Assembly: GCF_964355755.1 (NCBI RefSeq)
Contig: NC_092675.1
Span: 22,974,912-23,038,911 of the forward strand
DNA: 64,000 bases
Origin: Antedon mediterranea
Taxonomy: Eukaryota; Animalia; Echinodermata
Direction of reading: 5' to 3'
Made by a program: the position numbers and the translations under genes. This document shows positions 28,679 to 40,003 of the stretch, piece after piece (position 1 is the first letter of the stretch; the number at the start of each line of letters is the position of its first letter). Under the pieces are notes generated by a model that had not been told where the DNA came from, searched no databases, and was given only the letters and a program-made list of their open reading frames with translations.

Positions 28679-30782
28679 TTTGATTCCCTATAATAAAACA
28701 TTAATACGTACCATTTAAAAGTTTAAAGTAAAAAAACGATAGAGGAACATGTATACAGTACAGACCTACTGTACACATGGCATAACGCAGGCGCCCCTGA
28801 CTTAGCGCTCCTAATGCCTGTGCACTCAAATGCTGGGATTGAGACCTTGGGTTTAGCCAGTGAGCACTCATAGCCATACTGTACATGGTCCATACTATTG
28901 ACCTACATTTTTAACTTATCTAAATTTACAATTTACATAAAATGACTGACATTATTTTATTTCTTTGGTATTTTCTGAAAATTCACTAGTGTACCTGTAT
29001 ATGAGTACTGTTTTGGATAGGACATGCACCACAATGGTCACAAAATCATGCAGTAATTAAACAAGGCTACTTATTTACACAAGCCATTCATTACCACATT
29101 TCAAGACAATTCAATCTGTTTGCCATTGTTATCCTTGTTTATAAATTGAATAGGTGCTATTGATAAAAGCCACAATGGTTTCCTGTGCTTCAGTTTTATT
29201 GCTACTGAAGTTCAGTAGACCAATGGATTTCCTAGAATGTTTATGTGACATTTATGTAAAAACTGGATTTCGTGTTACATTTCTATCAATCCGAAAATAA
29301 ACTAAAATTTTATTTCCTCAAATACATTACTGTGAGTGTGACATAAGTGTAATGTGGGAAATAATTGAATTTACTAATAAACTTTACATTTTATTTTACT
29401 TGAAAATAAAACTGATTTTTTTATTTTAAAACAAAACAATCTATTTATAAGTTTGAATATAAGTATAAAAAGCTTCCACTGGCCAAAGAATAGAACATAT
29501 TTTTTTATTTAGTAGTGCATTGTGTTTGAAATAATTATATTCTGCTTTAATATTTTCATACAAATCAGACGGAAATATGGACAGGTGGTTGTCAAATCTA
29601 ATACAGACTTAGACATACCTGGTGATTCAGTGTTATGATGCTCAACTCATAATGTTCACTACAAATTAAAGCAACATTTTGAACTATTAGAATGTAATTT
29701 AACAGTTTTAGTGTTCCTCAATGTCATTATTCAATACTACAATGAGTGTTAAGGTACTGTACGTTCACACTGAGCCAAATTCCAACCTGGGTTTATTACT
29801 GATACAAATCTGATTTTAATTCCGACATTACTGTACACACAAATCTGATTTTAATTAATAGATAGTATCATCACAAAGTTACACAAAATGATCTAATTGT
29901 CCCCCAAAACATGAACAATATATAAAGATACATACAATTTGACATTTTGAATTTAAACTCTTATTTTGTAATTTTAATATTAAAGTTTTTCACTTTTGAC
30001 AAATAAATTTACATAATAATTATTTTGTTCATCTGTAAATTGTAAGTTAAAAAAAAATACTGGTAGTTAATTTTCACTAAAAGGTCTTTTTTTTTAATTT
30101 ATCTTTTTACGAGATTTATTGTATTTATATTGTGCTATTAAAAAGGCATTCAAAAATAAATTGGCCAAAAGAGATTACAAGTAATAACTTAATTGTCTCT
30201 TTGGGTTACTGGCCATTGATCAGCAGACCAGTTTACTAAATTTAACACTTAGAGGATATTACATAAAAAGTAAACACTATTCTATTAAAGCAGGCTGTCT
30301 GATTCTAAATAGGAACTGTGTGGGCTATTTACCAGACTATTCTCATGAGTATTAAAAGTAGACTGGGAGTTTAGATAACTTTTCAATTTAAGACCATAAA
30401 GACTAGACTAGAGAGAGATTAGACCAGGGACAGCATTGCATTTAAAAGTGTTTATTGTAATGTTAAATTTAAAAGTGTACTTACACACTACTGAAAAAAA
30501 TATCGTAATGCAGAGCATCGCAAAAAAGAAGATGGTCATACGAAAAGTAATAAGTATGGCCTAACTAGACGTACTTACAAACACAGTTAACTCTATACGC
30601 TATATGTATATTTTTTATACAGTACCTGGAATTATTTAAATAAAGTTCCATCCCAAAGGTAGCTGCGCATGTTTCCCTTGAAAAGCTAAAAATACCTTGA
30701 AATCTTTTCTTATCATCATAAATCTAAATGTTACCATTTTCAATATAAAAAACTAAAAATTACATTACAGTTACACTTTAAT

Positions 30783-30823
30783 CATAGAGATATTATAGTG
30801 AAGTTCACTATAATATCTCTATG
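30783..30823. repeat. Micro-hairpin insertion with 7-bp TSD
   Basis: CTTTAAT|CATAGAGATATTATAGTGAA G TTCACTATAATATCTCTATG|CTTTAAT. Confidence 0.9.
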
Positions 30824-31253
30824 CTTTAATAGATAGTAAGCTTAGGCCTAGTATAATAATTATCAAATGTTACTTTCTTTTTCAATACAGTTTTCCTATT
30901 TTCTATATCATAAAGGTTTAACTAATATCAAATCAAATAAATTCAAAACACATTTTATTTTAATTTACTTTCTAGGCAGGCTATATGGTAACAACTAGAC
31001 CAGGGCACAAATTAGGCCTAGGCCTCCTACAAGCCTAATCCTAGCTAGTCTACAGTAGTAGGACTATGTAGGCATAGGCTTGTAGAAGGCTTACTCAAGT
31101 AATAAATGATTATTGGCCATCCCAGGCATACCCTTCATCTACATAGCCTAGCTAGGCTATACTAGTAGGCCTTGCCCTAACGGTAACCTAAATAACTAAA
31201 GTATTGCCATGTTTATGTACAAACAATAACAGGAAAACTAACGTTATACTTAC

Positions 31254-32805
31254 ATTAGATCATTTCTTCACAAAATATTCAAAAATGCAAGAAAAGACAT
31301 AATCAGATCACAAATAATTCAGGCATACCTAGCCTAAGCAACATTACACAAACGTATTGACATGTCAAATCTCTCGCTAAAGCTGGATAATCCACGGACC
31401 GCTGTATAACGTATATAAAAATTAGAATTGTTGCGTATATCTACCACATGGTGATAAATGTGGTACATCGATACGCATGCGTCGATTTTGCCATTATTCA
31501 AAATAGGTGATAAAGTCAATTTGAAAAAGGGGATCGGCCATATAATGTCGTTTTAAAATATTTCAATTTTAGGTTAGTATCTTTAAAAAAAAAATGTATA
31601 TATATACAGATTTCCTCATCTTTATCGTTTCAAATTAATTAATTAAATTTCAGTATATCACCGGGCGGTTTAGAATTAATGTTCTTTGCCTGATTTGTTT
31701 ATATAATTAATTATATAATTTGAAACGATAAAGATGAGGAAATCTGTGAGAATGAGAAAAAGTCGCCCCAACCGAGACTCGAACTCGGACCGTCTGCTTG
31801 ATATGCAGTTGCCCTAACCATTAGACCAGGGGCTTTCATTTAATTAATTATATATATATTTATATATTTTTGGCACTTTCAATTTCCACTACATAATAAT
31901 AATAACGGGAATAATAACCATAACAATGCTCCGAAAAGTAAAACGTGCGTAGATCATTGAATTATATAATTCTGAGAAGCTCTCATCATATTACAGCATG
32001 CGTATTCCAGTCTCTCTTTCCCCACTACACTCAATCCTTTCATTAAAGTATATCATACAACATACGGTTTTAAAATTTCACATTGTTCTGCTGCTGTAAT
32101 AATTCAGGTCTACCGTTTTTTTATAATCAGTCATTCTCGTTTAAACATACAGATAAAATACGAAAACAGTGTTGTAATTTTAATCACAAATGTTTGTTTA
32201 TTTATTATTTATTATAGAAAATACACTCTTACTCTTTAGATGTATTTTCTCCCAATAAAACATGAAAAGATTTAAATTGGAAAGGTCATCACTTCCATAG
32301 GGAAAAAAGGGGGACACTGTTTAAACCTAGAAGTAGGCTTTTAATTGATTAGTAGGCCTACAGTAACCCTTGTTTTCATTTTTCATGTTTGTTGTTATCT
32401 TTATTATAGGCATATTATAATCAGCAGGTTCCTAATAAAAACAAAATGTATAAATACTATTCAGAGGTCACCAGTAGAACTATTTGAGCTCAGCTAAAAC
32501 GCGCTAGGACCATGGAGGTATAACCTCCATGCTAGGACTAGTCTATTAATTGTATTAATTTTCCCCCTCTGAAAATGGATCGGTCTGTTTCCTAATTCAA
32601 AGATTAAACCTTCTGGTAGATCATCGTCTAGTGGACAAATGTCAGTGCAAACAGCGTAGCATAGCGTCGAGAAGGTCACCATTTTAGTGAAACGTGAAGG
32701 CATGCAGACCACCATCTCGCGGTGGTGTCGTTGGTGGTGTGTGTGCAACGTGTGTGACTCACTCCTCTCCTCTCTGTCTTCCCCGCGAAACTTGTTCTTA
32801 TTTTG
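31254..32805. promoter_or_regulatory. Divergent promoter region of PDZD2-like (minus) and POLR3G (plus), with predicted non-coding first exons
   Basis: Strong minus-strand donor GTAAGT at 31253; plus-strand donor GTATG at 32806; local CpG enrichment at 31.35-31.5 kb and 32.5-32.8 kb; E2F-like TTTCGCGG (minus) at 32783-32790. Confidence 0.5.
31763..31833 (-). pseudogene. tRNA-like sequence (intact A/B boxes, short acceptor stem) followed by a T5 terminator
   Basis: GCCCC TGGTCTAATGG TTAGGGCAA CTGC ATATCAA GCAG ACGGT CCGAG TTCGAGT CTCGG TTGGGGC GA CTTTTT; perfect 5-bp T-stem, only 5-bp acceptor pairing, atypical anticodon loop. Confidence 0.7.
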
Positions 32806-33160
32806 GTATGCTAGGCCTAGCTTAGTTACTAGGCCTAGGCCTATTATATACTATACTACTACTGTATTTACCACTATTAAAATATTTTTTAGACGAAGTG
32901 ATATATAGGCCAGTTGAGTAGTAGGCCTAGTAGGCTAGGCCTCTAGTCTTTAGACTGTGATGTGTGGAAAAATCCCAGGCCAGGCTAATACTTATAGAGC
33001 AGGCCTACCTAGTCTGGCCTAGTACAGTAGTACCAGGGAGGTGAAAAAAATATTGTTTTACCTCCTGGTACTGGTAGTACAGTACTAGAAAGTAGTAGAC
33101 CTAACAGTTAGAAGAAATACTATAAAATTAATATCGATCCAATGTTTGACAGTAAACTAA

Positions 33161-33309
33161 AGGCTCTGTCTACATGCATGGATATGATGATGTAATATCA
33201 CTAACTACCATATTTGAGCATATCACTACTACTAGTACTAACTATATTTGGGCACAATCCATCATACTTTTTTTTGTCAAACTAGTAAGTTTGATAGTGT
33301 AAACAGAAC
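33161..33309. mobile_element. Harbinger-type MITE (family also at 40914 and 57786), degraded
   Basis: GCTCTGTCTACA..ATGATGATGT.ATATCACT..TATTTGGGCAC..GTCAAACTAG..GTTTGATAGTGTA shared with the other two copies. Confidence 0.7.
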
Positions 33310-33402
33310 GGAAATACAGTTGTACTGTACTGTAATTCTTATTACTTGTTAATATTATTATTATTAATACTAATTAATAGTGGAATGCTGTGATTTTACT
33401 AA

Positions 33403-36400
33403 ATGGGTGGTCGTGGACGAGGTAGAGGAAGGGGGTCAGCTTTATCATTTACTGCAGAAGTACTGGGTCTTGGTCGTGGAGCAGATGCATTACCAACTGG
33501 TGCTCTACAGCCTCCTCCCCTTTTTCCGGTAAGTTTAAAGGGCCGGCTGCTTAAAATAATTCTTAAATGTTCCAAGTCAATGGTTATAAATTGATTGCAT
33601 GTTAGAATCACTATTTTAAATCACACTCAGACCATCTTGGTTTTCAAATTTTAATAGATTCTTTCTCGGACAATAACCAGTACTCATAAAATACCACCAC
33701 TGTAGGTTTGACAGAGCCAGTATAAGCTCTGAACTAGATACAACCGACCACATTACAGTACTAAAAAAAAACTTTATGACTGAAGTTGCAGTCAATGTGG
33801 TCTGTAGAATATTAGATCACATCTGTCTATTGGGAACACCAGGTTAATGTAGAGGATAGATAGAAGATCAGCTCAGCTGTAGACCATTGGAGCGCACTCT
33901 GGTGTTGCATGTCATGCAACACCAGAGTGCATGTGCATCAGGCTGATTGACATTGGCAGTATTGAGATTGATTGAAGTATATGCGGTGCCCCTTGGCTGT
34001 TCTAAGGTATAGACGGGGCATCCACTGTCAATGTGCATCATGGTACGGTACAGCTCTGCAAAATGTTAGAAGCTGCAATATGTTGCCTGAAGTTACAAGC
34101 ACTACTGCACAGGTATATCCTATGTTAAGCTACCAAAATACGGATGGTAATTCTCGGCAACAGTGTGATCGGGACAGGGCATCACTCGGACTGCAGCTAA
34201 TTATATTCATGTGTGAGCGTATATGTTCAACTGCCCAAGAGTTCTAAGAGGTGGTACCATCACAAGATTTGGTAGAAAGGAATTTTAAGTTGGTTGCGGT
34301 CACAGAATTTTGTAATGAGAAGGATAAATTTAAGGCTGTCTCAATCAGGTTCTCTGATAAGGACTTAAACCTGGAGGGTCCAGTGTACAAATCTGGCCTG
34401 TGTGCACTTTAAAGAACCCAGTTCATCTTTTGAGATTGGGGAGTTACCTGTTGTACTGGTCCATTCAGCCCCTGTTGTTGTGGACAGACGCATGGGCGCC
34501 GTTTGGTGGCAGCACTCGACCCTTTTGAGTGAAGGGAAAGTCTGCACAATTCAGGTCAGTTAAACTGCAAGCCACGGGTCAATTTCAGACACAGCATGCC
34601 TCCTTAATTATCTGTGTTTGAGAAACTGTTGTGTTGGAATTGACAGACAAATGGTGGTTTGGCAGATAAGGAACTCAAAGAACTACCTATCTATCTATCT
34701 CTAATATCTTAATGAGGCATGCATCTCTGTGATGTCCAGATCCAGTCCTTGACTGACAATGACATGTGCCACGATCAGCCAATTGTCTAGGAAATAAAAC
34801 GTGTATGTATACATATGCTGTGTTGGTAAAAGAATTCTGTCAGCATTCACAATATGCATGTACTTTACTAACTTTCATTGAGCCATTAATAAATTTATAC
34901 AGGAGGCTGAATTTGAGACAACTGTTGGAATTGATGAGCAGATGGTTGTTTGGTAGTTTAAAGGGCTACCAGAATTTAAAAGAAGGCATGCATATCTCTG
35001 GGATGTGATATGATACTGTATACTGTATACCAAATGCATTGGTGGCCTCAACTGCCCAGCCTAATGTACTAGTATACTGCTGAAGTGTTAACAGAATGGC
35101 AGGGTTAATTCTACACTTAAATGAGAACATGAGAAACAAGGTATACAGTGCCATGCACTATGACCAAATCTATTGTGACCGCCCAGTTTCCTTGTCTTGA
35201 CCCCAAAGACGACTACTGACGACACATCAATGGCGTAGGTTGGTCGTTGGTTCTTGATCGACGCAAATTGAAAGTTCCCTATTAACATTGGTTCAATTGG
35301 GATTGGTCATAAGTTCACTTTGCGTAGCAGCATGTAACAGAATTAGGCAACAGATGTACTAATGAATCAGTGCTATTATGTCTGCATGTCTTCTCCCGAT
35401 TGGAGAGTGCTTCAGTCATTCTTGTAATCCCTGGCAATAGATGTACCCTCAAGATTGATGTCTGAGGTAGGTGAATATCGTATGGTATAGATGAGATATT
35501 TATTGTGGCTCATCCTTCAGCACAGCTCACAATTGCTGCTCTGGCCTGTTCTAAGGATAGCTTATATTCACATTTTAGGTGGAATGATGCAGAGAAATAG
35601 CCTCGGGTGCAGATTCCGTTAAAATTGTAGCCTCCTGACCCATGCTCAACTTTGGGTAAATGACCACTGTCCACTTGCAGATACAAAAATCAAAAAGTGG
35701 CAGTTCACAAACTGTTGGGCATTTGAGTTAGATAAATACATACAGTACAACACATCATGGATGGTGGTGGAGTACAGTCATGTATGATGTTGTGTTAACC
35801 ACAGGTTTCGTCGATCACCAAAGTTAAGCAACGTTGGGCCCGATTGCATTCTGGATGGGAGACTGGGAATCGCTGTATATTGTACTTGTACTGGAGAGCG
35901 ATGGTGTAATGATAATATTGGACTAGCATACAGTATATAGGACTGGAATGTGATAGGCATGGTTTCGAGTCTAACTGTACCGTACATGCATCCTTAGGCA
36001 ATATTCTTTACTCTTGGTGCCTTGTCTTTCGATGTAAAGCCGTTGATCCCGTGTTCATATAGTGCAAGATAAGAACTTGGTAGACTATTATAAAAGAGTA
36101 GGGATTGTCTCCTAGTGTGCTGATCTGGTAGGCGTTGCTCTGCTGGGTGCATGTGGGTCTGTAGAGGGCATGATCCAAATTTCCTTAGTTGCTAGTTAAG
36201 CTTGAGGAACAGAATAAATACAATTACCTTTATTAAGAAAAAAGGTCCAGCCATGCCAGCAGTTCAGTATCTTTGAACTATACATGCTGTCGCCAATTTT
36301 TCTTTTATTATCCGTTGTACCATTGATAGAAATTAATAAATGTTGATTTTTTGGTTTATCTAGGTAAGATAAGAGAGATATATTAATCTTACCTTCACTT

Positions 36401-37986
36401 TAAAATAGCACTTGATTTTTACCATCATAGCATGGACCTATTTTAAGTCCATAGTCATAGAAAAGAGCAAATCTAAAACAGTTTATAAGCACCATTTAAG
36501 ATTCTTGTTAATTTGATTTTGTGAGATAGATATTATTTTTCAGCCTTTAGAATATAAAGCACTTCCTCTTTTAACTGGTGAGGCAAGGGAGTACATGTTG
36601 GCATTGAAGCAGGAATTTCGGGCATCTTCCAGAGATTCACCATTTTACATTAAACCACGAAACAAAAAGAAAGGTACTCTGCAGTTAGGTTAATTCACCT
36701 GAATCTCAAGCCATTACTGTCAGTTAATGGTAAATATTTACCAAATACTGTAATACTTTTGATTATGACATGTTTTACCAGATATTGACAGATACTCTGA
36801 CAAATATCAGGGAAGTGGGCAAAATGCAGACAACAGTGAATGGACGCCTGATTGGACTAGGTTTCCAAAAGAACTACAAATAAGGGTCAAGAAATCAAGA
36901 GGTTTGTATACAAATACTGAATATATTCGTTGAAAAGAAATAATAAAAGCCAAGGCTTTAAGTTTGCTCCTCCATATAATGTATATATAAATATATATGA
37001 TTATTTAATTTAAGTGAGAGAAAAAAAAAAAACCTATCCCCACAAGATTTTTAATTTCAATAAAATTACCAAAGTATTTGTTTCTAGTTAAAGGAAGCAT
37101 TATAAAGCCCTCACTTAAAAAGAAGAGTGAAGATAAACAAAAAACAAAAGAGATTGAAAACAAGCTGGAGGTAATTTCTTTTGGTTTTTATTATTCTTGA
37201 TATATTATATATATTACACTAGTATAATTTTTAAAATAGAAATGTTTCTTAATTCATACCAGGAGGAGAGGATCATCTCTTGAGCAGGTTGCTGCACTGC
37301 TGGCTGCTGTGGGTCCGTGGAGGGCTTAGTCCAAATTTTCTCAGTTTCCAGTTAAGCTTGAGGCGGATAATAAATTTCTTTACCAAATCAAAGGAAGAAA
37401 CTAATTACTCCTGCACCAAGCTTCATCCTTTTTTAGCCTGCCTAATTTCTTGTACATATTTTAAGCAAATTAAAACGTATACATTCTCAGCAATAAACCA
37501 CCGTTCCAAATGTTCCTTTGAAATGATGCTTGAGCTGCTTTGGTAGGGTTTGATTGAGATCTTTCCAAGAAGAACTCTTGTGCAATTTGTTTTATGGTAT
37601 AAAAGTCTTTACTTTTAACATTTTAAATGTGTATGAGTATGTTTCTTTCTTTCGTCAAATTACCATTTGAATCAATCTAAAAATAATTTTCTATATAGGA
37701 ATTGGTCAAGAAGGAAGAGGAAGGATCAGGAAAAGAGGAAGGAGAAGAAGAGGAGGAAAAAGAAGCTATAGAAGATGATGAAGAGTTCTATGATGAAGAA
37801 GAAATGGAAGAAGTAAGAGAAATTCTGATTTTCTTTGTAAAAAGACTACAATTCCTAAAGAAAATTGACATTAAACTTATTTTCTAACACTAACAGGGAA
37901 CAGATTACATTGTGAACTATTTTGATAATGGAGAAGATTTTGCACCTGATGAAGATGATAACTTAGAAGATGGACCGGTTTACTGA
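33403..37986 (+). CDS. POLR3G: RNA polymerase III subunit RPC7 (POLR3G/POLR3GL family), 220 aa
   Basis: Exons 33403-33528, 36544-36673, 36782-36901, 37088-37170, 37699-37812, 37897-37986 (663 nt). Motifs: MGGRGRGRGRG..QPPPLFP, EYMLALKQEFR, DIDRYSDKY, WTPDWTRFPKEL, acidic tail ending DYIVNYFDNGEDF..DDNLEDGPVY*. Confidence 0.95.
33650..35700 (-). mobile_element. Heavily degraded LINE (APE/RT) remnant in a POLR3G intron
   Basis: GC-richer block; faint minus-strand motifs NYHP (~NYRP, ~34150), SNILQR (~SKILER, ~34065), ILYIN..FY.D (~33850-33800); many stops. Confidence 0.4.
34345..34560 (+). mobile_element. Deu/Nin-domain SINE fragment
   Basis: GATAAGGACTTAAACC..GGTCCAGTGTACA..TGTGCACTTTAAAGAACCCAGT.CATCTTT matches the cores at 25.3 kb and 51.15 kb. 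Confidence 0.7.
35771..35885 (+). pseudogene. 5S rRNA-derived sequence (not a functional 5S gene)
   Basis: A box AAGTTAAGCAA (35821) and C box GGATGGGAGAC (35853) intact; 5' and 3' helix regions diverged; short deletion after the C box; no T-run terminator. Confidence 0.8.
35771..36220 (+). mobile_element. Composite SINE: 5S rRNA-derived head + tRNA-like segment + Deu/Nin-like domain
   Basis: 35809-35870 CGTCGATCACCAAAGTTAAGCAACGTTGGGCCCG..GGATGGGAGAC.TGGGAAT matches animal 5S rRNA; 35895-35975 has A-box-like TGGTGTAATG and B-box-like GGTTTCGAGTC; 36020-36120 GTCTTTCG..TAAAGCCG..AAGAAC..AAGAGTAGGG..CCTAGTGT is Deu-like; AATAAA-type tail at ~36213. Confidence 0.75.
36431..36453. repeat. Micro-hairpin insertion with 7-bp TSD (decayed)
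   Basis: ATCATAG|CATGGAC CTATTTTAA GTCCATA|GTCATAG. Confidence 0.65.
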
Positions 37987-38485
37987 AGTATCAAGATTGA
38001 GATATTGAGAAGATTCCGCTGAGAAATAACATATTGTGAAATTTAGAAAATGGTGATGAAAATAATTAGCCTTCTCTGTTATTGGTTCTCATATATAGAA
38101 TGGTATAAGAATGAACAAACATTAGTGTTTGTACTGTAAAGTACTGAAAGATGATTGTGTTTCCAGATTATTGTTTACAAAAACACTGTCTTGATGACCA
38201 CAGAAAAATAAGAAACATTGATAGTCACAAGCACTGATTGATGGGTTCTATTGCAACATGTGTAAACCTAGAATGATCATGTATACTGTAGTAAATATCT
38301 GATAAAAGACATTCATTTACTGAGAAATTAGCTTTATGAATATGTTATCAGATTGTTTGCAAACTGCATAAATAGTAGAAACTGTTTTTAGACTGAAGAT
38401 AGAGAGTTTTTCGGAGTGCATGTAGTAAATACACTGATGCTTTTGTTTAAATTCTGTCCGCTTTAATGTAAAAGCATTATAACTG

Positions 38486-38668
38486 CAGGGCCATAGCCAG
38501 CATGAGGCACTCGCCTTATCTGAAATTTTCACCACCCTCTTATACCCGCGTCAGTACGGTGCCGTATTAATATAAAATATGATGATCTGTGCTGGAGAAT
38601 TGGGGTGGGTGGAATTACATTTAAAGCATCTTTGCCTCGTTTGTTTTTAACCTCTTGCTACGGCCTTG
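38486..38668. mobile_element. Degraded hAT-like MITE
   Basis: CAGGGCCATAGC ... GCTACGGCCTTG imperfect TIR; TSD only partly recognisable. Confidence 0.45.
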
Positions 38669-38865
38669 ATAAGCGAATTATGGTGATGATAAACAGTATG
38701 TACCTTCTGAAATAGTGACCAATTGAATAATATTTACCGGTGTAAGGTGGCTTCATGGAAAAAGTATTGCAAATTTTTCAAACTTACTGTCGGATAGTGT
38801 CTTTAGCTATTGATGCGAACTCTTGCTTACTGATTGTTCACTCTGAACATTCCAGGCTGTACTAA

Positions 38866-38882
38866 AATAAAGTATAAATAAA
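38866..38882 (+). terminator. Candidate POLR3G polyadenylation signals
   Basis: Two AATAAA (38866 and ~38877) about 0.9 kb after the stop, followed by a GT/T-rich tract. Confidence 0.45.
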
Positions 38883-39607
38883 AAAACTTTATTAAAACAA
38901 AGATGAGTATATGTTATTGTTTTGTCAGTGAGTTAAGTAAATACCTGATAGAAAGTGGTCTATATTATTGTTTACATTGCGAATAAACAACAAGGAAACT
39001 CAAGAAGATGGTTGTAACAGCATTTGTGGCAGACAAGAAAACAGAATGTCTGCCATAAAGACGATACAACCCCCATAAGGTAGGCGAAAATGATTAGGTT
39101 CCTCAGGAAATTGGTCCTAATTCCAACCTCAAATTACTGTGTTTTTTGTATGTTTTTATGTTCCTTTAAATGTAGGACTTCCAAGTGTTATATCATTTTA
39201 AGAGCATAATTTTCAAAGCTAAAAACATAAATACTGTACTGTATTACAATTTAATGATGTGTACAATTCTCAGTATATTTAAAATAACTCTTAATAAATA
39301 ATAGAAATGCTCTGGAACTTAACAGTGCTCCCTAAATAATTATTATGATTTTATACTGCAATTATAGCAAAATCAATGTCGCCTCCATCCAAGCAGGAAT
39401 GTACTGTATTATCACATACTGCTTTTAAGTCAAAATAATAAATAGTATTGTTAGGTAAATAGACATTTTGTCCAGCTGCTGTCCATCTGTTAAAGTGTTA
39501 AACACTTCTAACATTGCTATTAATACAATCTGAAGTAGTTTAAAACCAATCGACTTAAAAACATGATGAATAGATACATACAGTACAGTACTTTTTAAAA
39601 TGGTTGC

Positions 39608-40003
39608 TGCTACAATGCTGGTGGGAAAGTATGGAATAACCTTCCTATGTCATTGCAAGAAGCGACCTCTTACAATGCGTTTAAATATAAACACAACAAA
39701 AATGATGTACTTAAATAGAAACCTCAACTTGAGAACCTGTGCAATTGCGATGTAATTACTTAACTGTTTATTATTATTAATTCTGTATCTGTATCCCGAT
39801 CTGTATATTTAATGTAAATTTGTACTTGTATATCTTTCTATAATCTAAAACAACAACAAAAATGTTTGTAACTTATGATTATTATGCTATTATACTATTA
39901 TGTATGCACTTCTTTAATCATGGACCATTGTAAGAACATTATTTTTAATGAAAATGTCATCCATGTAAAATAAGTTTGTAAATAAAAATAAATAAATAAA
40001 ATA
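39608..40003 (+). mobile_element. 3' fragment of an L2/Crack/CR1-group LINE
   Basis: Translates YNAGGKVWNNLPMSLQEATSYNAFKYK (typical ORF2 C-terminal WN.LP motif), then a T-rich 3'UTR, CATGGA..TCCATG stem and (TAAA)n tail. Confidence 0.7.

Noticed and set aside
31763-31833. Functional tRNA-Asp(ATC)
   Set aside because: Acceptor stem is two pairs short, anticodon stem is 4 bp with A at position 32, and it is embedded in a repeat-like cassette.
35771-35885. Functional 5S rRNA gene
   Set aside because: Terminal helix diverged, internal deletion, no terminator, and it continues into a SINE body.
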